Origin: Gracilinanus agilis
Lineage: Eukaryota
Reading direction: 5' to 3'
NCBI RefSeq assembly: GCF_016433145.1
Contig: NC_058130.1
Location: forward strand, 631,537,608-631,601,607
Length of the DNA stretch: 64,000 nt
The position numbers and the translations under genes are program-made. This document shows, piece by piece, positions 13,701 to 27,189 of the stretch. The notes below the pieces were generated by a model. That model saw only the letters and a program-made list of their open reading frames with translations. It did not search any database and was not told where the DNA came from. Positions within the stretch are counted from its first letter, which is position 1; each line of letters begins with the position of its first letter.

Positions 13701-14444
13701 CCATGTCTTATTCCAAGGTCTCTGTCCATGTCAGTCCTATCTCTTCTGGGGTCAGGCCTTCCTCTTCTGTTCTTATGAACAGATCTTCCTTCATCTTCTT
13801 CTTAGCCTTTTTCCAGAAACTTAGCTTTCTTCAAAGAATGCTATAGTACTGGGCATCCTTTCCAGTATTGAGTATACCTCAATCAATGAACACTCTGTGT
13901 TTTCTATTTTTTTTTGCTATACCAAAAAGTGTTCCTTTAAATGTTTTTTTTTGTATATGGGTCTTTTATTTTTGTTTTCAACTCCTTAGAATCTTGGAAT
14001 TCTAAGGATGATTTTGTCGGGAGAGCCTTAGTCCTGGAGTCAGGAAGACCTGAGTTCAAGTCCAGCCTGACACTAGGATCCTGGGCAAGTTACTTAACAC
14101 CAGCTTCAATTTATTCATCTATAAAATGGGAATAATGACATCTCTGGGCACACAGTAAATACTGTATAAATGTTAGTTCTTATAAGTAGTGGCATCAATT
14201 GTATGTCACAAGTAGTGGTATGACTTTTAAGTCTAGCCCCACATTGTTTTCCATGGCTTATTGGAGAGAGCTGACCTCAGAATCAATAAGACCTGGGTTT
14301 GGATCCCACCCATGACACATACTGACTTTATGTCCCTGGGAAAGACACTTAATTCATAGGTGGCTTTTCAAGACCATAAGTTGTAGAGAAGGTGCTGATT
14401 ACATTGGTGTAAGAAAACCCTCATCAAGAACTCCCTATCTCTCT

Positions 14445-14628
14445 CTCTCTTTTTTTTTTTTTTAAACCCTTGTACTTTCGGTGTATTGTCTCATAGGTGG
14501 AAGAGTGGTAAGGGTGGGCAATAGGGGTCAAGTGACTTGCCCAGGGTCACACAGCTGGGAAGTGGCTGAGGCCAGGTTTGAACCTAGGACCTCCTGTCTC
14601 TCACTCCACTGAGCTACCCAGCTGCCCC
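14445..14628 (-). mobile_element. SINE1_Mdo variant inserted in an older CORE-SINE (~14260-14430)
   Basis: TSD ccctatctctct at 14433-14444 and 14630-14641. Confidence 0.9.
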
Positions 14629-14969
14629 ACCCTATCTCTCTTAAGCCATGATTACATTCTTATCTCTAATGGCTAATGGTTAGACCAATTCACAACTCCA
14701 AGAGTGCAATTCAAAGTCAACATTTTGTTTAAATAGATTGAGTTGATGTTGCAATGATGGCATGTAGTGTTTTCTTTTACTTTATTCTTCCTTCTGATTT
14801 GTATTTTCTTTTATCCATGCACTAACCAGTCAAAAATTGGACTGTTCATGGAGAGCCAGTTCTGAAATTGCCATCACATCTGTAGTGGATTCTTTCCTAT
14901 CACCTAATATGTAGTCACTTTTACTGATTTATTTTTAAATTTAATTTAATTTTTATTTTATTATTATTA

Positions 14970-15162
14970 TTTTTAAAAACCCTTACCTTCCGTCTTAGAA
15001 TCAATACCAGGGTAGAAGAGGGGTATGGGCTAGCCAGTGAAGATTATGTGACTTGTCCAAGGTCACACTTGGACAAGTGTCTAGGAAGTGTGGTCAGATT
15101 TGAGCCTTGGACCTCCCATTTCTAGGCCTGGTTCTCAACCCACTGAGCCACCTAGCTGCCCC
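14970..15162 (-). mobile_element. MAR1-type SINE
   Basis: aaacccttaccttccgtcttagaatc...ccactgagccacctagctgcccc. Confidence 0.85.
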
Positions 15163-15220
15163 ATGATTTTTATTTTTTATGATGTTCCTTGACTTTTGCC
15201 ACATCTAGCATTGCCTGACT

Positions 15221-15420
15221 ATTTTTTTTTTTAACCCTTGCCTTCCATCTTGGAGGCAATACTGTGTATTGGCTCCAAGGCAGAAGAGTGGTAAGGGTAG
15301 GCAATGGGGGTCAAGTGACTTGCCCAGGGTCACGCTGGGAAGTATCTGAGGCCACCTTTGAACCTATGACCTCCTGTCTCTAGGCCTGGGTCTCAATCCA
15401 CTGAGCTACCCAGCTGCCCC
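15221..15420 (-). mobile_element. MAR1-type SINE with TSD
   Basis: TSD cattgcctga at 15209 and 15421. Confidence 0.92.
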
Positions 15421-16072
15421 CATTGCCTGATTCTTGAAGAAAATATTCATGAATAAGAAGAGAAGTCACAAACTCATCAGCTTTTGGGTGATGAACCGTT
15501 AAGACTTCAAACCTAAAAAATCTACTTGAAATTTATTTTTTAAATGCCTAACTTTGTTTATTCCTGGTGAGTAGCTTAACTGTGTCATGATTTTCTGAAA
15601 GGATGAAAATCCTGCTGAACAGATTTACTGTGTCCAAGTCTACATGTTTGCACCCATTATATTTGTGCCTTAGTACACAAGAATGGTATTAGGTGTGAGG
15701 AATAAAAACAACAGTAATAATAATATTTTTCTACTGAACTTCAGATTTACAAAGTGTTTTTCTTGTGACAGCACTGTGAAGTAGTTGGTGCAAGCATTTG
15801 CTTTGCCTATTTTACAGTTAAGGAAGAGAGATCTTGTGCTTCACTTGAGCTTGGGAATCCTGCAACAACTTCTAGTGGCGGCCAAGTTTCAAACTCTTCT
15901 ACTTCAGACTGACCCCTTAATAGTCTAGTATCTTCTTCGTAGGATTTTAGTGATTAGCTAATAATTTCTGCGTGAACAGTCACAAATTGAAATGCTAAAT
16001 AACACAGTTAATCAGTTGAATTCCCATTTTTAGTCTCTAACATCTACATTTTGGATCAAACTTTTTGCATAA

Positions 16073-16291
<219 letters not shown>

Positions 16292-16736
16292 TAGATAAAG
16301 CTCTTAAACAATATCTTTTATTCTGTTTATAAATAAAAGCTCTACTCTCATATGATGGTCCCATTCTGATATCTAGACAGGTAAAAAGGTAATTTTTTTT
16401 TGTCTACCCCCTTACTGGAAATGAAAAGAATCTGTTAATGCCCATAACCAGGGAGACTATGTTTTCTCCCTAGCTTTTACTCTTGATTGCTACTAGAACT
16501 AATTATTTATATATTTTTGAAGTATGTTTATCACTTGCAATTTTTTAAACATTTGAAAATGAGAGTTGCAGTCCCCTCCAAATTAATTTCTCTAGACAGC
16601 TGGTTCTGAAGGGGCTGTAGTATTCCATTCTCTGGTCCTAGTTACTCCAAAGAGGGTTCTAGACCATCTGAGCCTTTAGCCTCTAAGCACAGGGCACGAT
16701 AGACTATGTAATATAAAGGATACTCTACCCATTTCT

Positions 16737-16920
16737 TTTTTTTTAAATCCTTACCTTCCATCTTAGAATTAATACTATGTATTGATTCCAAGGCAGAAGA
16801 GGCAGTAAGAGTTAAATGACTTGCCCAATCACACAGGAAATTTCTGAGGCCTAATTTGAACATGGGACCTCCTGCCTCTGGGCCTGATTCTCAATCTACT
16901 GAGCTACCTAGCTGCCCCCT
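16737..16920 (-). mobile_element. MAR1-type SINE with TSD
   Basis: TSD tacccatttct at 16726-16736 and 16923-16933. Confidence 0.9.
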
Positions 16921-17276
16921 TTTACCCATTTCTGATTTCAGACCTTAGCACCAGAGGGACTAAGGGTTGCCTTTGCACCTGGGGTCTCTGAAATCTGGAT
17001 CTAATGGGAATGCTGGGTATTTTCAAGGTGTGCTTACTTCAAAGAAGGATAATGTGAAAATCTTTGTCTTTTTTCAAGTCTTAGAACAGCTTCTAGAAGC
17101 TGGACACAGCTACAAAAAGGACCATTTATTGGGCTTTTAAGCACCAGTTTGAATAACAATCCTATTAAGGACCTTAAAAAACAAACAAACCCCTTTCTCT
17201 TTTGGCAGTGGTGGGTGGGGGTGGGGGATAGATTAACATTTGTTTAGCATTTTTCAAAGCTTCTTCTGGTATTTTA

Positions 17277-17576
17277 TTTTTTATTTTTAAAATTTTTTTT
17301 TTAATTTTTAAACCCTTAACTTCTGTGTATTGACTTATAGGTGGAATAGTGGTAAGGGTAGGCAATGGGGGTCAAGTAACTTGCCCAGGGTCACACAGCT
17401 GGGAAGTGTCTGAGGCCGGATTTGAACCTAGGTGGAATAGTGGTAAGGGTAGGCAATGGGGGTCAAGTGACTTGCCCAGGGTCACACAGCTGGGAAGTGT
17501 CTGAGGCCGGATTTGAACCTAGGACCTCCCGTTTCTAGGCCTGGCTCTCAATCCACTGAGCTACCCAGCTGCCCCT
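17277..17576 (-). mobile_element. SINE1_Mdo-type SINE with internal 91-bp tandem duplication
   Basis: Perfect 16-bp TSD ttcttctggtatttta at 17261-17276 and 17577-17592. Confidence 0.95.
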
Positions 17577-17736
17577 TTCTTCTGGTATTTTAAAACATTG
17601 TTCCAAACCCTTGTTTCCTTGAAAAAGCAACCAGAAGTAGCAACTGAGTTTGTAATTGTCCCTTGGGAGTCATTAAAATGTCTCCATTTCTTGATTGGTG
17701 ATTCTGCACTTTTCAGGAGACTGCATTGAGCTATAA

Positions 17737-17883
<147 letters not shown>

Positions 17884-18364
17884 TAATTTTATTTGAAAGT
17901 TGTATTTTTCTTTTTTAAAAAGTTATTACTAAATTAAGACATTTAGAAAAATGAATTTATATGAAGATTCACATTGCATTTCTAGATTGGTTGTCAATTT
18001 TACTCACAACAATCAATCTACAAATATAATTCTGCACATAATTGCAATCACATACAAGTGACTTTTCAATTGTCGTGTTTTCTATTCTGAATTTGTTCTC
18101 AGATTCCTATTTGTTAACCTTTTATTGAATCTGCAATGAACCTAGACATTTTTGTTTATTAATTTTATTTTCTCTTTTTTTTAGCAAATATATTTTCATT
18201 TCTTTTTAGAGGCTTTTGGGAACTTTTAGAGCTACTGTGTCAAATTTTTATAGTTTTCTAGATACTCCCAAAGTAAGGAGTCTGAAAACAATTTTATATC
18301 TAACTTAGTTTATGTTGATTAAAGATTGAGTTGCTAATTGTTCTTTTTCCTTCTCTCTTTGTAG

Positions 18365-18577
<213 letters not shown>

Positions 18578-19059
18578 TAGAGAATCTTAGGCTGGGTGGG
18601 TCAAGAAGGAAGAAGCCTTGGGAGTTGACCAGGGGAAAAAATGAATCATTAACATTAATGATGAGCAGATTTCAAAAGTAATAAAACATTAGATTTTTAA
18701 GGCTCATATATTTAACTACTCATGTCTGTGTTCAGATTTGAGGCTATACTTCTGAGAATCATTTTTTTTTAATTAAGTAGAATACTTTTATTTTTTTCTT
18801 CCCTATCAAAATTCTACCCAGCTCAAATCTAAACTTTTCCAACTATTTCACTAACCTCTCCGTTCTCTGTAACACTATTGCACTTTTGTGGCTAACTGGT
18901 ATCACAGCACTTATTTATTAATTGTTTTATGTGGGTTAATTTTGTTTCTCTGTTGAGATTAGAAACTTCTTGATTGAAAGAACCAAGCCTCATACCTTCT
19001 CTGTGTCTGCAAAAATTAACTAGGCAAATTGTATCAAATGAGATAATCTAGGTAAGTTA

Positions 19060-19290
19060 TATAGGTTTGCAAAGTGCTTTATAAATATTAGTTCATTTTA
19101 TACTCACAATACCCCTGAAAGATAGGTGCTGTTATTGTCCCCACTTTACAGACAAGGAAACTGAAACACAGAAAAATGAAAAGATTTGCCTAGGGGTTAC
19201 ACAGATTGTGTCTATAAGGTCAGATTTGAACTTAGGTTTTCTTGACTCCAGGCCCAGTAGTCTGTCTGTTGGGCCACTTAGCTATCATTT
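19060..19290 (-). mobile_element. MIR-type SINE
   Basis: gtttgcaaagtgctttat...ttacagacaaggaaactga...tgactccaggccc. Confidence 0.75.
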
Positions 19291-20834
19291 TCAAATGTGA
19301 AAGCACTATTTAAATTTTATTTATCACTGTTTTTATTGTAATATTTAGTAAATATGTGTGAATTAATCAAATTGAAGAAACATGGTGAAATTTGGAAAAA
19401 TAACATGCCATTAGGAGCTAACCCTTTGTTTCCATTTATTCTCCATATTCTTATTTTCGGCTATTGCCGGCTCTTGCAGATACTTGAATTCACATGATAA
19501 TTTTAGGCCTTTTAAGCTAGGATGCTTCACTTTCCTCAGTGAGAATATCATGTAGGAGATATCTCCTTAATACCTTGTCATTCTGGGTAATTTTTGCCCA
19601 TGCTTGCCTGTGAGTTCTTTGTAAAAAAAAAAAGCTTGCAAAGTGTCTGAGGCCATTCTCTTATTCCTCTCATATCTTATCTTGGGAATAACTAGTCTAA
19701 CATGAGTTGTTTATCTTATCTGTTGACTCTCATTCTTTCCCAGCTCCTCTTCTGGTTGTATAAATTCTCATTAATGCATTTTGCGCCACTTCTTATACAT
19801 AAGCTATAAATAGAATGCTATATAGTCTGCTTTTATCCAGTATCCTTTTTTTTTTTTAAATTAAAACAAGACAACTTCTAGAGAAACATCAAGGAGGAGT
19901 TTTTAAATTATTAGATAAACTATTTTGATTAATTCAGCAGTAATTCTCTGTGTTTTTTGTCATTTAAATTTTTTCCAAGGCTACTTTTCCAAATTAACTC
20001 CAAGGTTGGAGTTAGGGTCAAGAACCTAGGTTTCAGTCCTGACTCTCCTCCTGACTATATAGCTTTATAAAAACTTGGTTGGGCCTCAGTATCGTTATCT
20101 GTAAAATGAGGCATTTCAATTATGTGACTTCTAAGGTCCCTCCAACCATAAGTTTATGATCCTATGATCAATGTCTTGTAATTATTCATCATCACTAGGC
20201 AGGCATTATTGTTAAATAAATAAACTTTCTAAGCATTGAGGTGTTTAGGATTATTGAAATCATAGTGCAGTTTCCCCAAAGCAATCCAGTCTAAACATTC
20301 TTCTTCCTCAATCCTGGGACAAAGTCATTATCCATCTTAAGCATTTGCCCAAAATATGATATTAAAATTTAGCCTTTTCACATTACTGCAGAAATAACGC
20401 AGATCAATTTTTCTACATTTTAAGGATATTTTAAAATGGATATGTTAACACAAATAAAGAATAGTTAAAGTTATAAAAGGTTTTTGAAAGAATTAACTAG
20501 GGAGTATTTATGGAGACTTTTTCTTTGTGTGCTCTTCATTATGGAGGATTCAGAAGTATATGGAGGAAAATGTTCCCCCCTTCAAGAAACTGACACTCTA
20601 GTTGTAAAAACAGAGTTAACATCTGTGAAACAACATTGCTTAATTCTGTGGTATACTGAAGTTATGGTAAGTGCTATTGAAAAATAAGAGAAAGGGAGAT
20701 TCCCTGAGGACTTGGAATAGGTGGGTTAGACTTTATAGAGGAGGTAGGATTTGAATTGGTTCTGAAAGGATAGGTAAGATCCGGACAGTGGAGGAGAAGA
20801 GGGAAAAATGCTTTCATAGTTCAGAGTCAAAGGC

Positions 20835-21095
20835 AGTGGATAGATGACATAGTGGAATGGAGCACTGGGCCTAGAGACAGGAAGACTTAAGTTCAAATGT
20901 GACCTCAGATATTTACCAATTGTGTGACCCTGGGCAAGTAACTTAACCTTTCTCTGCCTCAGTTTCTTCAGCTGTAATTTGGGGATAATAATATCTGCCT
21001 CTCAAAGTTGTTGCAAGGTTGAAGTGAAATCATATTTGTAAAGTACTTAGCACAGTGCCTGGCACATAGAGTGCACTTAATAAACACCTGTTTCC
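20835..21095 (+). mobile_element. MIR-type SINE
   Basis: ggcagtggatagatgacatagtgg...gtacttagcacagtgcctggcacatag. Confidence 0.85.
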
Positions 21096-21623
21096 TTTCT
21101 CCTCTTCTTTATTTGAACCTCTGGAGGGAAATAGGCAGTAGATTTCTAATCTTTGGTTTTAGACTACTTGGGCACAAAATTTCATTAAACTTCTTATTTA
21201 AATTACTTTTGGATATATTTAATTTTTGTTAAAAAATTGTAAGTTTTTAAGTTTTTAAAAATGAATATCTCTTTATTAAAATTGAGTACATTAGTCACTC
21301 AATTAAAATACCAGACTTTTTCTACAAAGGACAGTAAAATTAATGAACTACCAACTACGGAATAGCTTTTTTCAGCGTGGTTGAATTGTTGGCCAGTAAA
21401 TGAACTCAAACCCAAAGAAACTGAAAGATTGTATAAATTAAGAAAAAAACACCTCAGTAACTGAAAATTAGGGAAATTTAATTTTCTTTAGAATCAAAAT
21501 CTGTTAACAAGAATTTTTGTAAAGTGAAAGTCTTTATTTCTAGGCGAAGAAAAATTATGTTTTTGAGGGAAATGAACTTTGTTTTAATCTTTTACTTCTT
21601 AATATAAATTTTTTATTACCTAG

Positions 21624-21758
<135 letters not shown>

Positions 21759-21787
21759 TAAATAAGATGTGCAAATATTTTATGTAA

Positions 21788-21982
<195 letters not shown>

Positions 21983-22185
21983 TAAAAATGAAAACATTCA
22001 ATATTCAAATTGAAAAAATTTTTGTTTCTAGTTTTCATTCAACTTAGTAGATAAAGTACAAAAAGCCTTTGGATTTTTTTGGTTTTGTTTTTTATTTTTT
22101 TGCTGTCAAGGTTTGCAAGGTTTTGTGCTGTTATATTGGTGCTATCTCTTTTTATATCACATTTGTTTAAAAAATATTGACCAAG

Positions 22186-22370
22186 GGCAGCTAAGTTTCT
22201 CAGTGGATTGAGAACCAAGGCTAGGAGATCCCAGATTCAAATCTGCCCTCAGATTCTTTCTAGCTGTGTGACCTTGTACTTACCTTCCATTGCCTAGCCC
22301 TTACCTCTCCTCTGCCTTGGAACTAATACACAATATTGATTCTAAGAAGGTAAGGGTTTAAAAAAAACAC
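22186..22370 (+). mobile_element. MAR1-type SINE
   Basis: gggcagctaagtttctcagtggattgaga...gaaggtaagggtttaaaaaaaa. Confidence 0.85.
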
Positions 22371-23700
22371 AACATATTAATCACTCACCCACCTAAGAGA
22401 ATGTTCTCTTTAATACAGGTTGGAAAAAAAAAAAAAAGAAAAAATGTCATCAAGACCAACCAACATGTGTCAGCTATATTATGAGGCAATATATATGATG
22501 CTACTCTCCCAAACTCTCCCATGTTTTTCAGAAAGTTTAGAGAGAGGGGCCCTTTCTCAGATTTTCAGGCCAGGTTTGGACATAACAGTTACATAATGTT
22601 CAATTTCACTTTATTGGTCCTTCCATTTACATTCTTTTTGTCACTGTATTCTCGTGTTTGTGCTTACTTAACCTTTGCATCCGTTCATGTACATCTTAAA
22701 AATTTTTTTCATAGTTATTGTTTATCTCAGTGGAATCATATCTCATTATATTGTGTACCACATTATGTTTAGCCATTCTCCCAATTTATGGTCATCAATT
22801 ATGTTTTCAGATATTTCCTATCACAAAAAGTGCTATTGTGGATATTTTTGTAAATATGGAACCTTTCTAGCTTTTGACCTTTTAGGGGGAATATGTTTAG
22901 CAATAGATCTTTTGAGTCAAAGGGGATGAACATTTTAGATACTTTTTAGTATAATTCCATAATGCTTTCAATGTCAGGTAAAATTCTAAAGAATTAAAAA
23001 AAGGTAATGTGTAGATAAGATAAAATAAATGTGGAATAAGATAAAGCTAATAGGGGAACTAGTGTGGCTTAGTTCCTTTCTAATTTGGACAAATCGCTTA
23101 ACCTCAGAGGATCTAAGTGTTTTGTTTTGTTTTTTAATCTGAAAAGTGGGGATTCTTTCAGCCTAACTACCAGGGTTGCTGAAGAGTTTAAGAAATGCAA
23201 TATTTGCTACAGTGTGTTGTAAACTGTAAGGGGCTTTGTAAATAAAGGTGGCAGTAATGTAAACAAAAATCATTTCCAGATCTCTCTATCTTAAGGATGA
23301 AGGGTTTTTTGTACATATAAAAATAAGGTGAGTTTTAATGGAGAATAGTGATCATTAGATAAACTATTTAGATTCACTTCATCTATACATATACTTGAAT
23401 ATTGTTCTAGGGAAGAAAGTAATCAGTGAGTTATCATGGAGATTAATACAAAACATTTAGATTCATTCTACTTATATATTTAAGTATTGTTCTCAGATAC
23501 AAAACAATTAGCATTGTGTATTACAGATATATCCCTGTGTAGATTGGTGCTTGTAAATAAGTCAAAACTAATTTTAAGTATTCCATAGGAGGTTTCCATA
23601 CAAAGGATCCTTCACATGAATCTTATTATGAAAAAAGAAATCTATTTTTTACTGCTGATAAATACCTACTAATTTTAGTGTTCATATTTCAGTGATCTGA

Positions 23701-23746
23701 TTTGTAAAAAGTAAACTACATTTGTAAAAAGTAAACTACATTTGTA
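23701..23746. repeat. 20-bp tandem repeat (tttgtaaaaagtaaactaca) x2.3
   Basis: Exact duplication read directly. Confidence 0.95.
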
Positions 23747-23825
23747 TATGTTCATATTTTATCTTCTTCATGTACATTTGTTGAAAAGTATTCTTCACTC
23801 TGTGATACTACTTTGTCTTTGTTAG

Positions 23826-23969
<144 letters not shown>

Positions 23970-24078
23970 TAAGTTTGAAAAAATAAGCATTATGAGTTAA
24001 AAAAATTTAATTGTATGGTTTTCAGCAACTTAGGCTCCTTTTGTCTCTTCCCTTCTCCTTCATGATCCAAGACTAGAT

Positions 24079-24304
24079 CAGAGCTGGTGAAGTATTGGCA
24101 TGTGTGCAGATCTGGCACTCGGGGAGCTGCTCTTTTCCCTCTCTTCCCAGTGCATGAGGACATTTTTTGCATATCCTGCCCCTCTCTCCAGCTGCCCAAA
24201 GCAAGCACTTCCTCCCTCCATTCTTTGGGGATAATGTGGGGGGCTCACAGGCAGCTTGAAATTGCATTCTGGGAATGTGAACTTGAAAACCTTCGCCAAA
24301 GCTG
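24079..24304. mobile_element. hAT MITE resembling the OposCharlie1/OC1 non-autonomous family
   Basis: Degenerate ends cagagctggtgaa / ttcgccaaagctg resemble the CAGTGATGGCGAA TIR; interior tgaggacatttt...agcacttcctcc...gggggctcaca matches the recalled consensus; no clear TSD. Confidence 0.55.
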
Positions 24305-24540
24305 CTCTTAAATCATTTCTCATCTCTCAACAGTAGTTTACTAACCAGTGTTTCAATTGAAAGCAGAAGGTTACATATCTGATGCATAGTATTTTTTAGG
24401 TATGACTCTTATTCAGATTATCTTATTAAGAAAGCAGTGGGTGTACAGAAAGAAACTATCTGGTCACCATTAAATAAATATTTCTAGTTTTAAGATCACT
24501 GTTCTTGCTTCACATGCCCACCATAAAAATAGGATTGCCT

Positions 24541-25638
24541 CAATAATCACATGAAAAAGGGTTCTAAATCCCTCCTTATTAGAGAAATGCAAATGAAAAC
24601 AACTCTGAGGTACAACCTTATACCTAGCAGACTGGCCAATATGGCAGCAAAGGAAAGTGATAAATGTTGGAGAGGATGTGGCAAAATTGCAACACTAATC
24701 CACTGCTGTTGGAGTTCTGAATTGATCCAACCATTCTGGAGGACAATTTGGAATTATGCCCAAAGGGCTTTAAATGACTGCCTGCCCTTTGATCCAGCCA
24801 TACCACCACTGGGTTTGTATCCCAAAGAGATAATAAGGAAAAAGACTTGTATACAAATATGTATAGCCGCACTCTTTGTGGTGGCAAAAAACTGGAAAAT
24901 GAGGGAGGGTGTCCATCGATTGGGGAATGGCTGAACCAATTGTGGTATCTGATGGTGATGGAATACTATTGTGTTCAAAGGAATAATGAACTGGAGGAAT
25001 TTCATGTGAACTGGAACAACCTCCAGGAATTGATGCAAAGTGAAAGGAACAGAACCAGGAGAACATTGTACACAGACGGATACATTATGGCACGATTGAA
25101 TATAGTGGACTTCTCTACTAGCAGCAATGCAATGACCCAGGACAATCCAGAGGAACTTATGAGAAAGAATGCTATCCACATCCAGAAAAAGAATTGTGGA
25201 AATAGAAATGCAGAAGAAAAACACATGATTGATCATGTGGTTCATTGGGGATAGGGCTGGGAATTTTGGCTTTAAATAATCACTCTATTGCAGATATGAA
25301 TAACATGGAAATAGGTTTTGAACAATGATACATGTATAACCCAGTGGAATTGCTTGTTAGCTCAGGGAAGAGGGGTGGGAAAAATCATGAATCATGTAAC
25401 CATGGAAAAATGTTCTAAATCAGTGATTCCCAAAGTGGGCGCTACCGCCCCCGGTGGGTGCTGCAGCGATCCAGGGGGGTGGTGATGGCCACAGGTGCAT
25501 TTATCTTTCCTATTAATTGCTATAAAATTTTTAAAAATTTAATTTCTAGGGGGCTAAGTAATATTTTTTCTGGAAAGGGGGCGATAGGCCAAAAAAGTTT
25601 GGGAACCACGGTTCTAAATAAATAAATTAAAAAAAAAA
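24541..25638 (+). mobile_element. 5'-truncated L1 (ORF2 C-terminal cysteine-rich region plus 3' UTR)
   Basis: KCWRGCGKIATLIHCCW...PFDPAIPPLGLYPKE; A-rich tail; imperfect TSD aaaaataggat(t/g)g at ~24526 and ~25634. Confidence 0.93.
25421..25611. mobile_element. hAT-Charlie MITE (191 bp) nested in the L1 tail
   Basis: TIR cagtgattcccaaa / tttgggaaccacgg; perfect 8-bp TSD ttctaaat at 25413-25420 and 25612-25619. Confidence 0.93.
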
Positions 25639-25714
25639 TAGGATGGTCCTAGGTCGATTTCACTTGTAGTTGCAACAGAGAGGGTTTGCTCATTAACTGA
25701 GCTTAACACAGCAT

Positions 25715-25728
25715 CAGCCACCTGCTGG
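25715..25728 (-). promoter_or_regulatory. CTCF-like core motif
   Basis: Reverse complement CCAGCAGGTGGCTG, in the unique spacer between two L1s. Confidence 0.35.
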
Positions 25729-25769
25729 AAATTGCTAATAGTTGATAAATGATACTTTGTGCTTATTTA

Positions 25770-26494
25770 TTTATTCATTCATTCAATTATTTGTTTTTAA
25801 AAAGTTTCCATGGTTACATGATTCTTATTGTCTTCCTCCCTCTTTCCTTCCCCTTCCCAGAGCTGACAAGCAATTTCACTGGTTTATATGTATATTATCC
25901 CTCAATTCCTATTTCTATAATATTCATTTTTGTAATAGAGTAATCTTTTAAAACCAAAACCCCAAATCCTATACCCATATAAACAAGTGATAAGTCATGT
26001 TTTCTGCATTTCTACTCCCACAGTTCTTTCTCTGGATGTGGATAATGTTCTTTTTCATAAGTTCCTCTGGATTGTCCTGGGTCATTGCATTGCTGCTAGT
26101 AGAGAAGTCCATTACATTCGATAGTGCCATAGTATATCAGTCTCTGTGTATAATGTGGTTCTGCTCCTTTCACTCTGCATCAATTCCTGGAGGTCATTCC
26201 AGTTCACATGGAATTCCTCCAGTTCATTATTCCTTTTAGTACAATATTATTCCATCACCAACAGATACCACAATTGGTTCAGCCATTCCCCAATCGAAGG
26301 GCATCCCCTCATTTTCCAATTTTTTGCCATCACAAGGAGTGTGGTTATACATATTTATGTACAGGTCTTTTTCCTTATTATCTCTTTGGGGTACAAACCC
26401 AACAGTAGTATGGCTGGATCAAAGGGGCAAGTAGTCTTTTAAAGCCCTTTGGGCATAATTCCAAATTGTGCCCCAGAATGGTTGGATCAATTCT
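25770..26494 (-). mobile_element. 5'-truncated L1, same subfamily, opposite orientation
   Basis: 14-bp TSD tttgtgcttattta at 25756-25769 and 26495-26508. Confidence 0.93.
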
Positions 26495-26709
26495 TTTGTG
26501 CTTATTTAATAACAAATATTGGACACTGTTGTTAATTCTTTAAAAAACCTGTCAGACAGACCTCTCTTATAACTCTTAAGACTAGTCCACTAATAACTTC
26601 TTTTAGCCATAGTTTTCCAGTGTGACTTTTTTCAGTGAGTTTCCATGTGCTGATCTGAAACATCCAAATTTTATCTTTAATCTCATTTTTTTAAAGTTCT
26701 GTTTTTTAA

Positions 26710-26913
<204 letters not shown>

Positions 26914-27189
26914 TGATTCTGTCATTTTTAAGTGACATCATTCCAGTAACAATATTTCTTTTAATTAAGAAAGTGGAAGTGTACCCACACCCACACCTAC
27001 ACCCTGAATACAGCTTTGCCTTTTAGCTCATCTACTATCATCCTACTCCCAACTTTTATGGTTAATAGTTTAAAATATTGAGGCTTAACGATGTGGACAC
27101 AAGAAAGGGAGATTATGCCTGGGGAAAAAGATAGAAAGGAAGAGAAAGAGCAAGAGAAAAGGAAACAGAAAGATAAGAGAGAAGAAAGT

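Noticed and set aside
24551-26442. Cluster of overlapping ORFs on both strands
   Set aside because: All are L1 ORF2 tail or 3' UTR translations from truncated, frameshifted copies
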